Origin: Thermoproteota archaeon
GTDB lineage: Archaea > Korarchaeota > Korarchaeia > Korarchaeales > JAOZGB01
Length of the DNA stretch: 64,000 bases
NCBI GenBank assembly: GCA_037917685.1
Contig: JAVCBU010000003.1
Location: 65,941 to 129,940 of the forward strand
Reading direction: 5' to 3'
The notes under the pieces were generated by a model, which searched no databases, had not been told where the DNA came from, and saw only the letters and a list, made by a program, of their open reading frames with translations. A program made the translations under genes and the position numbers. Shown piece after piece: positions 1 to 8,790 of the stretch. Within the stretch, counting starts at the first letter, position 1; every line of letters starts with the position of its first letter.

Positions 1-1
1 A

Positions 2-340
2 ATAGAGCTGATACAGAATTATGCTGCTGAAAACTTAAAGAGCAGCAGTCTCAAAGTCGATGCAAAGATTAAAGGCCACATTAACGGATGGGCAACCACC
101 GATAAAAAGGTAATTGAGAAATTCACAGATATCCTTACCAGAGTAAAGGGGGAAAAGCCGAAAATCACTGTTGAGCTAGGAGGTACGGACGGCGCCCATC
201 TCATCAATAGGATGCCTGTAGTCCAGTATGGAGCTCTAAGAGAGGAAAACAATATCCACGGAGTAGACGAGTTCGTGTACATAGAAGACTTGTACATGGT
301 TAAAGACTTCGTCAAGGCCGTTCTAAGAGAAAAATTCTAA
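2..340 (+). CDS. M20-family metallopeptidase/deacylase (ArgE/DapE-like), C-terminal fragment; 5' end lies outside the window
   Basis: The frame is open from the window edge to TAA at 338-340. It reads ...ITVELGGTDGAHLINRMPVVQYGALREENNIHGVDEFVYIEDL..., the GGTD / HxxDE C-terminal signature of M20 enzymes. The 98-aa minus-strand ORF in the track is its antisense shadow. Confidence 0.6.
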   Translation: MELIQNYAAENLKSSSLKVDAKIKGHINGWATTDKKVIEKFTDILTRVKGEKPKITVELGGTDGAHLINRMPVVQYGALREENNIHGVDEFVYIEDLYMVKDFVKAVLREKF

Positions 341-406
341 AATTATAGCTACACCATTAAGATTCTGTCTAGGAACCATTATTATTAAAACAGCACATAC
401 TAGCTG

Positions 407-2938
407 GTGAATATGAAAATCAACAATTCAACTCAAAAAGTGTTGACCATAACTCTTATAATATCACTAATTGGAACAAGCCCTTTACTCCTGGAGGGTT
501 CTCCCCCCTATCAGAATAGAGAGATAACCCTCATCTACCCTAATGGTGGAGAAACATTCTATCAAGGAGATACTATAAACATAACGTGGATCACCACGAT
601 AGACGGTAATACAGCCTCCGACGGTTTTATATCGATCTTACTGGTTTACGACGGCGAGGTTATGGCTATAGATTGTGTTTCGAATACCTGTGAGGAGGGT
701 TCTCCTGGGAAATACTACTGGACGATCCCGAACCCTATAAACTCATCCAACTGCAAGATAAGAGTTATGTGGGTTCCAAGCTGTGATTCTTATCCGTACT
801 GCTATGACGAAAGTGACGGTGTATTTTCGATTTTTAACCCTTACAAAATAGAACTTTTATCTCCAAACGGCGGCGAAAGCCTGGGGGCTGGCGAAACATT
901 TACAATAACCTGGAGGGCAACATTCAAAGGAACGGAGACCGCAAGCGGGTTTGTTAGGATAAAATTTTCATCTAATGGTGGGCAGACTTGGGATACGGTT
1001 GAATGTACATCTAATACTGGTAGTTACGATTGGCAGGTGCCGGGGGAGCCCTCTGACCAGTGTCTGATAAAAGTTGAATGGGTAGAATCATGCACAGCCC
1101 AGGAGCCCTTCTCTACAGATGAATCCGATGGATACTTCAGCATATCCACTCTCTACTATCTCATTTTCCATTCGCCAACCCAGGGAGAAACGCTTGAAGG
1201 CAACAGTGAATATGAAATTGAATGGTCAACCTACTACGCCGGGAACGATATAACAGGGCTATACTACGTCAGAATATACTTCTCCTCGGATAATGGGGTA
1301 ACATGGAGTTATGTTGATTGCGTATTAAATACTGGGAGCTATCAGTGGTCCGTTCCAAATGTAGACTCCACGAACTGCGCACTTAAATTTCAGCTAGTAC
1401 CAGGTTGCAATAGCGTATCCATATATGTGTCTAATGTTTCACCTACCTTTTCGATTAAAAGGGAGAGAGACTTCACGTTAAACGTTGTTCCAAACCAGCA
1501 GGAAGTAGATCAGGGAGAGTGGGCCAACTATACCATTACGATAACACCGGTCTCAGGCTTCAACGAGACCTTAACCATAACTGTGAAAGGTCTCCCCCAA
1601 GAGGCGACGTACCAGCTTGTCCAGCAAACCCAGTGGCAGTACAAGCTCTCAGTGAAAGTTACAGATACCTATGGAACATTTACCATAAATATAACGGCTG
1701 AGGGAGGAGGCAAAACCCATTCTAGGACCGTTACGCTAATCGTAAACCCTACATCTCAACCCACCACTACGCCTCCGCCTTCGACTACTCCTCCTCCCAC
1801 TTCTACTCAGCCTCCTACTACGCCTCCGCCTTCGACTACTCCTCCTCCCACTTCTACTCAGCCTCCTACTACGCCTCCGCCTTCGACTACTCCTCCTCCC
1901 ACTTCTACTCAGCCTCCTACTACGCCTCCGCCTTCGACTACTCCTCCTCCCACTTCTACTCAGCCTCCTACTACGCCTCCGCCTTCGACTACTCCTCCTC
2001 CCACTTCTACTCAGCCTCCTACTACGCCTCCGCCTTCGACTACTCCTCCTCCCACTTCTACTCAGCCTCCTACCACACCGCCGGGTGGAAAACTAGACTT
2101 TAAGATCGTCGTATCCCCCTTGGAGGTGAATGAGACTATACGGGGAACCTTCAAAGTCAACGTTAAGGTTGAGAGGATCTCCGGGAGCGGTAAAGTCAGT
2201 CTTAGGGTTAAAGGCCTCCCATCATCAGCAATCTGGGATATAACCCCCCAGGAACTAACGCCACCAGGGACAGCAGTGATCACTGTAAAACTTGGAAACA
2301 CACCCGGAGACTTTAACATGACGGTAATAGCTGTCTCAGGAAATGTTAAAAGGGTAAAGGTGGTCAAAGTTCACGTCCGAAAGCCTAGTGCATGCGTCAT
2401 TGCAACAGCAGCTTATGGTTCTGAGGAAGCCTATGAGGTTCAGATGCTAAGAGAGTTTAGAGACGACATAATTATGAATAGTATCTTGGGTTCCTCTTTT
2501 ATGAAGGCATTCAATACCTACTACTATAGCTTCAGCCCCATCGTTGCAGGAATCATCGCAAGGTTCTCTACGCTCAGAACGCTTGCTAGAACCTTAATAA
2601 CACCCTTACTTGCAATTTTAGACTTTGCAAAGCATGTATATTATGCAATACCATTTTTAAATAGTGAACTCAGAATCTTAGCCATGGGTCTTCTAGCTAG
2701 CAGTCTATTTTCAACCCTGTACTTTTTCCCTCTCGCTCTTGTCGGCATTAAAGTTAAGAAGGGAGATTTAAAGCTGATGTTAAAGCTTCAAAGCGGCCTC
2801 GTAGCAGCTGTGCTTTTCCTGCTTTTATCGGAGATGTATGCTCTCCTGTCTGTTCTCACATCACTGCTTGTAGTAAATATGATGCTTATAGTTCAATCCT
2901 TCATTTGGTATACTGTAGGATCAATGCTTCAGGGATAG
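407..2938 (+). CDS. Large secreted/membrane-anchored surface protein with repeated beta-sandwich modules and a Thr/Pro/Ser linker
   Basis: It has an N-terminal hydrophobic signal/anchor (LTITLIISLIGTSPLLL) and three ~105-aa repeats, each opening (Y/S)P(N/T)(G/Q)GE...I(T/E)W. Two Ig-like modules flank a (TTPPPSTTPPPTSTQPP)x6 linker. The C-terminus carries a CVIATAAYGSE...LREFRDD motif followed by several hydrophobic helices. Confidence 0.7.
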   Translation: MNMKINNSTQKVLTITLIISLIGTSPLLLEGSPPYQNREITLIYPNGGETFYQGDTINITWITTIDGNTASDGFISILLVYDGEVMAIDCVSNTCEEGSPGKYYWTIPNPINSSNCKIRVMWVPSCDSYPYCYDESDGVFSIFNPYKIELLSPNGGESLGAGETFTITWRATFKGTETASGFVRIKFSSNGGQTWDTVECTSNTGSYDWQVPGEPSDQCLIKVEWVESCTAQEPFSTDESDGYFSISTLYYLIFHSPTQGETLEGNSEYEIEWSTYYAGNDITGLYYVRIYFSSDNGVTWSYVDCVLNTGSYQWSVPNVDSTNCALKFQLVPGCNSVSIYVSNVSPTFSIKRERDFTLNVVPNQQEVDQGEWANYTITITPVSGFNETLTITVKGLPQEATYQLVQQTQWQYKLSVKVTDTYGTFTINITAEGGGKTHSRTVTLIVNPTSQPTTTPPPSTTPPPTSTQPPTTPPPSTTPPPTSTQPPTTPPPSTTPPPTSTQPPTTPPPSTTPPPTSTQPPTTPPPSTTPPPTSTQPPTTPPPSTTPPPTSTQPPTTPPGGKLDFKIVVSPLEVNETIRGTFKVNVKVERISGSGKVSLRVKGLPSSAIWDITPQELTPPGTAVITVKLGNTPGDFNMTVIAVSGNVKRVKVVKVHVRKPSACVIATAAYGSEEAYEVQMLREFRDDIIMNSILGSSFMKAFNTYYYSFSPIVAGIIARFSTLRTLARTLITPLLAILDFAKHVYYAIPFLNSELRILAMGLLASSLFSTLYFFPLALVGIKVKKGDLKLMLKLQSGLVAAVLFLLLSEMYALLSVLTSLLVVNMMLIVQSFIWYTVGSMLQG
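1766..2071 (+). repeat. Six perfect tandem copies of a 51-nt unit (ACTACGCCTCCGCCTTCGACTACTCCTCCTCCCACTTCTACTCAGCCTCCT) inside the surface-protein CDS
   Basis: Read directly from the sequence. Unit starts are at 1766 and 1817 and then every 51 nt, with no mismatches. The repeat is in frame and encodes 17 aa per unit. Confidence 0.95.
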
Positions 2939-2944
2939 CATCTC

Positions 2945-3568
2945 CTATCTGTCTTTCTTTACCTCTCTGAGCCTTGCTGAAAGCTTTTTTAGAAGTTCAG
3001 CCGGGCTTCTGACTGGGTATTCTACCCCTTCTAGAACCTCTTCAAGGCTTACGCCGTAAGCCTTTATACCTTTAAGTCTTTCCTTCAATGGTAGAGCCTT
3101 GTCAACCGGGAAGTCCAAACCCTTAATCCTGACGAGGGTATGTATAGCCCATGTTGGCGCTTCTACAGCCTCCAAAGCCTCCCTTGAGTTTTCGATGAAC
3201 GATTCAACGTCGAATCTTCCCTCTTTAACCTCTTTCCACGCTAGCTTTGCGATTCCACCAGCAATATGTTCTTTGAACTCTTCAGGTGTAGATACTCCCT
3301 TAATCCTCTTGAGAACTATTTTTTCATCGCTTTGAAGCATCTTCCTAACAGTTTGCCGTGTTAGGCCAAGCATTCTTGCTATTTTATCTTCCGTTTTCAA
3401 CCTGTCTCTAAGGATGACCGCGTAGCAAGCCTCCATCAGGCTTGGAAGCCATGTTAGATTTCTATATTCTATAAGCCTTCTGGGGCCACCGAGAATCTCA
3501 ATACTTTTCAAGAAGGTTTTCATAACAAGCTTCTCTATATCCTCCACCACGGGCTTAACCTCTATCAT
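2945..3568 (-). CDS. Putative HTH DNA-binding protein partnered with a KaiC/RadA-like ATPase
   Basis: A helix-turn-helix-like stretch (EDKIARMLGLTRQTVRKML) is present. The start lies 3 nt downstream of the ATPase gene stop on the same strand. Confidence 0.45.
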   Translation of the reverse strand: MIEVKPVVEDIEKLVMKTFLKSIEILGGPRRLIEYRNLTWLPSLMEACYAVILRDRLKTEDKIARMLGLTRQTVRKMLQSDEKIVLKRIKGVSTPEEFKEHIAGGIAKLAWKEVKEGRFDVESFIENSREALEAVEAPTWAIHTLVRIKGLDFPVDKALPLKERLKGIKAYGVSLEEVLEGVEYPVRSPAELLKKLSARLREVKKDR

Positions 3569-3570
3569 TC

Positions 3571-4443
3571 CTACTCACCTCCGCCGATTTCTGATAATCT
3601 GGGGCCAACCTCCACAAGACCGGTTTCGATAATCCTCAATATATGGGTTGAAGTATCATGTCCACAGAGCCGGCAACCATCAATCCTTATTGTCCTAAGA
3701 ATCTCCCCAACAGGCATCCCGTACAGCTTCTGATCCCATCTAGACTGAATCAGCCTCTTACCGAGCACTATCGTTCCATCCACTATGTGGCTGACTGCGT
3801 AGCCTCCTGCAGCCTCCGCTGATTCAGGTTGGTGTCCACTTCTCTTCTGTGAGATCATTATTGTAGTCTGACCGTATCTTTTAGCAAAGTTGAATATTTC
3901 ACGCACCACAATTCTAGCGAGAACCTCTCTGGCCTCATACAGGCCAGTTACAGAGTCTATTACGAGATTTTTCGTCTCATACTTCTCTATCGCGTATCCT
4001 ACTGTTGACAATAACGTTTTAAGGTCATCCCTCAATAGGCTATTTGTCGCCGCATCCACCATTATTATATTATCTTTTACCTTCCCCCATTCAAGACCCA
4101 TAGCAAGGCATCTTTGCTTTAAGCCTTGGGCTACAAACGCTGAGGGGCTTTCAACCGTTACAAAGCATACCTTATAACCTAGTGAAGCCTGTTTAACAGT
4201 GAACTGCTCAGCCATTAAGCTTTTACCGGTGTCAGGGACTCCCGCTATGTTTATTACACTTCTGAACGGGTAGCCTCCAAGTGGAACCTTCTTTGCGGTT
4301 CCATTTTCGAGCTTAACTGTGAAAAACATGTCGTCTAAACCCTTAACCCCGGAGACAACCCCAAACAGCCTTGGTGATCTCTCCCCGGCGGAGCCTGCTG
4401 TTTCCACTGCGTCCTCTATTACTTTAGCCATGTCACCCTCCAA
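3571..4443 (-). CDS. Single-domain KaiC/RadA-superfamily ATPase (archaeal RadC/KaiC-like)
   Basis: Walker A is GVPDTGKSLMAEQF and a Walker B-like stretch is NLVIDSVTGL. The protein is about 290 aa, typical of archaeal single-domain KaiC-like RecA paralogues. Confidence 0.75.
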   Translation of the reverse strand: MEGDMAKVIEDAVETAGSAGERSPRLFGVVSGVKGLDDMFFTVKLENGTAKKVPLGGYPFRSVINIAGVPDTGKSLMAEQFTVKQASLGYKVCFVTVESPSAFVAQGLKQRCLAMGLEWGKVKDNIIMVDAATNSLLRDDLKTLLSTVGYAIEKYETKNLVIDSVTGLYEAREVLARIVVREIFNFAKRYGQTTIMISQKRSGHQPESAEAAGGYAVSHIVDGTIVLGKRLIQSRWDQKLYGMPVGEILRTIRIDGCRLCGHDTSTHILRIIETGLVEVGPRLSEIGGGE

Positions 4444-4473
4444 TAGGTCACTGTTTAACGCAGGTTTAAATTT

Positions 4474-5256
4474 TTACCTACTGCAGACCGGACAGTGAGG
4501 ATCTCTTTCGACTTTTATCAGGGTAAATTCACATTCTAACCCATCAAACAGTAGTAGTCTACCTACAAGCAGCTTTCCGGCTCCAATAATAAGCTTAACA
4601 GCCTCCGTGGCCTCAATACAACCTATTACTCCCGGGGTAAACCCGGCCACCGGAATTTTGTCAGGCTCTCTTGGAGCTTTGGGAAATATGCATTTCAAAC
4701 AGGGGCCACTGCCAGGTATTATTGTTGTGGCTTGCCCGCTGAACCCGTATATTCCACCGTGAACTAGGGGGATATTCATTTTTACACAGGCTTCATTCAA
4801 AACATACCTGGACTTCCAATTATCTAAAGCATCAACTACTACAGTTGAACCATCTACTATTCTTTCGACGTTGCTTTCGTCTAATTTTTCATTTATGGTT
4901 TCGACCTCGACATGTGGATTTAGCATGTTTAGCTTCCAAGCGGCAGCCTTCACCTTTAAGACCCCTATATCTCTGGTCCATCCCAGAATTTGCCTGTTTA
5001 GATTGCTAAGCTCGTATTCTCCTTGATCTACAAGTCTTAGCCTCCCAACCCCGGCGGCAGCTAGGTATATGGATATTGGACTACCAAGCCCACCTACCCC
5101 CACTACCGTTACTGTCGATCTTTTTAGTCTGTGCTGACCCTTTATACCCCATTCTTTGATTATTATCTGCCTGTCGTATCTTATAGCTTCAAGTTCAGAC
5201 AGCATCAGATTTTCAATCTCCCGTAATCTTTTATATGTATAGATTACATTTGCCAT
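4474..5256 (-). CDS. ThiF/MoeB/HesA-family E1-like adenylyltransferase
   Basis: It has the nucleotide-binding loop VGVGGLGSP, the LSNLNRQ motif, and two CxxC pairs (CLKC, CPVC) typical of MoeB/ThiF/UbaA-type enzymes. Confidence 0.85.
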   Translation of the reverse strand: MANVIYTYKRLREIENLMLSELEAIRYDRQIIIKEWGIKGQHRLKRSTVTVVGVGGLGSPISIYLAAAGVGRLRLVDQGEYELSNLNRQILGWTRDIGVLKVKAAAWKLNMLNPHVEVETINEKLDESNVERIVDGSTVVVDALDNWKSRYVLNEACVKMNIPLVHGGIYGFSGQATTIIPGSGPCLKCIFPKAPREPDKIPVAGFTPGVIGCIEATEAVKLIIGAGKLLVGRLLLFDGLECEFTLIKVERDPHCPVCSR

Positions 5257-5262
5257 TCTAGA

Positions 5263-6528
5263 ATGGAGAAGCTACAAGTAGATGTCCCGAAAGGGGCGAC
5301 TCTTCTTGTCGAAGGAGAATCGCTGTTCGAGTTTGTACATGGGAAAGCTGAAATCTTTGGATATGAGCCGAAGCCCGGCTTCAAGTTTAGAATTGAAAGG
5401 TTTAAAGCATCACCAATCTATGCTGTTGAAAACTTCCGAGCCAGAATTACAGGTGGAAAAGTGTCACTCTATCCTGGGAAAACCATACCTGAGAGCTGGT
5501 CTAAAGTGTTAGATGAGGTGAGAGGAGAATCTAGGCCTGTTATTGTCATGGTGGTAGGGGGCGTAGACTTGGGTAAGACAGGGCTTATCACATACATTGC
5601 AAATAGGCTGACGATGATGGGCGAAAAAGTAGGCATAGTTGACGCCGACACGGGTCAAAGCAGTATAGGTCCTCCAACAACCATTGGTCTGGGCATTTTG
5701 ACGGAGCCTGTTCCATCGCTAAGCATTGTGAAGCCGTTTGACGCCGTATTTATCGGGTCTACTTCGCCATCGGGCATCCTTGAAAGGTCCGTGTCTGCTG
5801 TTGTGCAGATGGTCAGGCTTGCCGTGAAGTCTGGTGCTGGTATGATTCTGGTGGACACAACAGGCTGGGTTTCAGGTGAGGGGGGAAGGCAGCTGAAGCT
5901 TGCAAAGGCAGACGCTATCTCTCCGAACCTGATAGTTGCCCTTGAGAGAGGGATGGAGTTAGAGCATTTATTAAAGTTTTGGGAGAGATTTTACAAGGTT
6001 TTAAGAGTAGATCCTGCTGTTGAGCTTAGATCACGTAGTAGAGACGAGAGATACAGTATAAGAGGAGATATTTATAGGAGATGGTTTGAAGGTGCCGAAG
6101 CAAAGCTTTTTTCGATAGAGGATTACGTCTACTGTAACAGTTTCCTATTCACGGGTGTAAGGCTTCCGCCTGAAAGCTTAAAAGAGTATGCTGACCGCTA
6201 CGGGTTTGAAGTTCTCTATGGGGAAGCAGTTGAAGACAAAATACTCCTAGTGGTTGGGGAGTCCACAGAACAGCATAGTACTGAAAGTTCGGGGAGACTC
6301 CACATTGTTAATCTGGAGATGATTAAGAATGTTCTTGTATCTTTCAGGTCAAGAGAGAAGAGATTCCTAGGGCTAGGCATAATTCTTGACGTAGACTTTG
6401 AAAATGGCAAGCTTAAAGTATTAACAAGAGTAGATTCATCCAGGGCTGAGGCCATAGAGTTTGGAAATATAAAAGTAAACCCTGAAACCTTCCAAGAGGA
6501 AGGTTGGATTCAAAGGTGGTGTTTCTAA
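5263..6528 (+). CDS. Clp1/Grc3-family polynucleotide 5'-hydroxyl kinase-like P-loop protein
   Basis: The P-loop VVGGVDLGKTGL is followed by VDADTGQSS, matching the Clp1-type GxxDxGK(S/T) ... DxDxGQ arrangement. Confidence 0.6.
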   Translation: MEKLQVDVPKGATLLVEGESLFEFVHGKAEIFGYEPKPGFKFRIERFKASPIYAVENFRARITGGKVSLYPGKTIPESWSKVLDEVRGESRPVIVMVVGGVDLGKTGLITYIANRLTMMGEKVGIVDADTGQSSIGPPTTIGLGILTEPVPSLSIVKPFDAVFIGSTSPSGILERSVSAVVQMVRLAVKSGAGMILVDTTGWVSGEGGRQLKLAKADAISPNLIVALERGMELEHLLKFWERFYKVLRVDPAVELRSRSRDERYSIRGDIYRRWFEGAEAKLFSIEDYVYCNSFLFTGVRLPPESLKEYADRYGFEVLYGEAVEDKILLVVGESTEQHSTESSGRLHIVNLEMIKNVLVSFRSREKRFLGLGIILDVDFENGKLKVLTRVDSSRAEAIEFGNIKVNPETFQEEGWIQRWCF

Positions 6529-6545
6529 AGTTAGAGGTGTCAAAT

Positions 6546-7688
6546 ATGATACCTATCTCTAAGCCCTACCTTACAGACGTGGAGAAAAAGCTTGTTATGG
6601 ATGTCCTGGATTCTGGGTGGCTTGTTGAGGGAAAGTATTCTCAAATGCTTGAGAGGGAGTTTTCGTCGTATATTGGTGTGAAGGAGGCTGTCACAGTAAC
6701 AAATGGTACTGTTGCACTCCAGCTAGCTCTGGAAGCCATCGGATTAAAGCCTGGAGATGAGGTTATAACTACAGCCTTCACCTTTGTTGCATCTTCTAAC
6801 GCAGCCGTCTTCCTCGGAGGGGTTCCGGTTTTCGTCGACATATCAGAATATACCTTTAACCTTGACCCGGAAGACGTCAGGAAAAAGATTACAAGGAAGA
6901 CTAAAGCTATCATTGCAGTCCATATTTTTGGGCTTCCCTGCGATGTTAAGCAGTTAAGGGAAATAGCTGATGAATATGGCTTGTACCTGATTGAAGACTG
7001 TGCCCAGGCGCACGGTGCATTGGTTAATGGGAGAAAGGTTGGGAGCTTCGGTGATGTTTCATGTTTCTCCTTCTACGCAACTAAGATAGTAGCATCGGGG
7101 GAAGGTGGGCTGATTGCGACTAACGACAGTGAGATTGCCGCAAAGGTTAGAATGCTGAAAAATCATGGTAGAGGCCCAGAAGGGGGGTACAGATATTACA
7201 GGATCGGGTATAACTATAGAATGACGGATTACGCTGCAGCGATAGCCCTTGGACAGCTGAGGAGAATAGACGAGCTCCTAGCTGCGAGAAGGAGAAATGC
7301 GAAAATAATTCTCTCTCACATCGAAGATACCATTCTTGACTGGCAACATGTACCCAAGGGTTATGAGCATGCGTACTACATCCTTGCTTTGAGACTCCCG
7401 GGAAAGCCTCTCCTGGTGGACAAGTTTATAGAGAAGCTTAAAGCTAGAGGTATAGCTTCTAGGAGGATCTACGACGTTCCTGTGTACAGGCAGGAATCGT
7501 ACATTAGATTATCTGAATGGAGATGGTATAGGTACGTAGATTACCCCGATTACTCAAAAGTGAGGCTTGAAAACACTGAGGAGGTTTGTAAGACACATTT
7601 CGAGGTTCCGGTTCACCCTCTTGTTTCCGAGGAACAGGCGGAATATATCGGTGAGTCGTTAAAGGAGATATCGGAAAAGATTCAATAG
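6546..7688 (+). CDS. DegT/DnrJ/EryC1/StrS-family PLP-dependent sugar aminotransferase
   Basis: The sequence MIPISKPYL...VTNGTVALQLAL...FSFYATKIVASGEGG...NYRM is typical of the family, including the PLP lysine context (YATK). The ATG at 6546 follows GAGGTG and avoids overlap with the upstream gene; the track ORF begins at 6504. Confidence 0.85.
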   Translation: MIPISKPYLTDVEKKLVMDVLDSGWLVEGKYSQMLEREFSSYIGVKEAVTVTNGTVALQLALEAIGLKPGDEVITTAFTFVASSNAAVFLGGVPVFVDISEYTFNLDPEDVRKKITRKTKAIIAVHIFGLPCDVKQLREIADEYGLYLIEDCAQAHGALVNGRKVGSFGDVSCFSFYATKIVASGEGGLIATNDSEIAAKVRMLKNHGRGPEGGYRYYRIGYNYRMTDYAAAIALGQLRRIDELLAARRRNAKIILSHIEDTILDWQHVPKGYEHAYYILALRLPGKPLLVDKFIEKLKARGIASRRIYDVPVYRQESYIRLSEWRWYRYVDYPDYSKVRLENTEEVCKTHFEVPVHPLVSEEQAEYIGESLKEISEKIQ

Positions 7689-7689
7689 C

Positions 7690-8790
7690 CTATTCGATCC
7701 AGTCTTCATTCTTGAGCTTTTCTGGGATATATTTTTCGCTGAGATAGGTAAGCCCTTTCGCTGCTAGAGCCTGAATTTCAGCTTTCTCTCCTGTTTTCTC
7801 CATAATATCAAATTCTCTTTGAAAAGCTTCCTTCTGGAACCATGGATAAGACCTGATTTTCTGGAGGAATTTGATGTCATGTTCGGTCATTTTAAGCCTT
7901 GCATACTTGGGAACACCGTATTTGTCTAGATCGCTTGGAAGTAAGCCTAGAAGCTTTGCATCTCTGGTTGCCAGGCTTAGGCTTTCGAAGGAGAAGCTGA
8001 TAGAACCCCTTCTGTACACCGAGTAAATATAGAAACCGTAACTGTCAGCATCCACAAGTAAATATACTGGAAGGCCGAGCTCATGGTTTAGCCTCCTAAC
8101 AAATCTCCTTGTAGCTATATCGGCTTGTCCCTTCCCTGTCACAAGGATACATCTATGCTTCTCCCAGAGCCTGTCTTCTACAAGCCTGCTGAACGCTGCA
8201 TCCTTCTCTATTACAAGTACGAAGTCTGCGTCGTAGTCTACAAACTCGTACTCGTCGACGAACGGGCTTATTGCAAGCCCGCTGGTTCCAAGCTTTGAAC
8301 AGTCTATAATGTCGCCGTGGTCTTTTACCTTAAGTTTCCCTATGCATACACCCTTCGAGCTTGCAACTATGTGAAGGCTTTCCCTTGTTGTTCCTATCGC
8401 AGCTGCCAAATCCTCAATTATACTATCGCTTTCAGCTTGGGTTTCGAAAAGGTAGGCTCTATTATAGAATACATCTCTAAGCTGGGCATGCTTGTCAAGC
8501 TTAAGGAGTTCCACTATTGTGGCAGCGACAGCCTGTGTCTGAACGAATCTTCTAACATTTCCTAGATTCATGAAATTTCTTTTGAGATATTTCTCTTTGA
8601 GTAGCACTACATCCCTCTTAGGGTCATACTCAACAGTTTTTGGGGATCTAACCGGTATATGGATTACAGGATCCTCGAGCTTTTTCAAGCTTTCCAGAGT
8701 GTTTGAGAAAATTTTCCTTGTAAGTTCTCTTAATACAGCCTCCCTACTTTTCCTTTCAGCTATTAGTATTTTCCCATCCAACTTTGGCAC
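7690..8790 (-). CDS. top6A: DNA topoisomerase VI subunit A (Spo11-like)
   Basis: A Spo11-type region (LRDVFYNR) and Toprim motifs (VIEKDAAF, LLVDADSYG) are present. The gene follows and overlaps the subunit B gene by 35 nt. Confidence 0.9.
   Translation of the reverse strand: MPKLDGKILIAERKSREAVLRELTRKIFSNTLESLKKLEDPVIHIPVRSPKTVEYDPKRDVVLLKEKYLKRNFMNLGNVRRFVQTQAVAATIVELLKLDKHAQLRDVFYNRAYLFETQAESDSIIEDLAAAIGTTRESLHIVASSKGVCIGKLKVKDHGDIIDCSKLGTSGLAISPFVDEYEFVDYDADFVLVIEKDAAFSRLVEDRLWEKHRCILVTGKGQADIATRRFVRRLNHELGLPVYLLVDADSYGFYIYSVYRRGSISFSFESLSLATRDAKLLGLLPSDLDKYGVPKYARLKMTEHDIKFLQKIRSYPWFQKEAFQREFDIMEKTGEKAEIQALAAKGLTYLSEKYIPEKLKNEDWIE

Noticed and set aside
19-315. A 98-aa minus-strand ORF at the left edge
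   Set aside because: It is antisense to the M20 peptidase C-terminal coding frame, which has clear family signatures.
1766-2071. A non-coding satellite or CRISPR-like repeat
   Set aside because: The repeat is in frame inside a long ORF. It encodes a coherent Thr/Pro/Ser linker flanked by folded modules.
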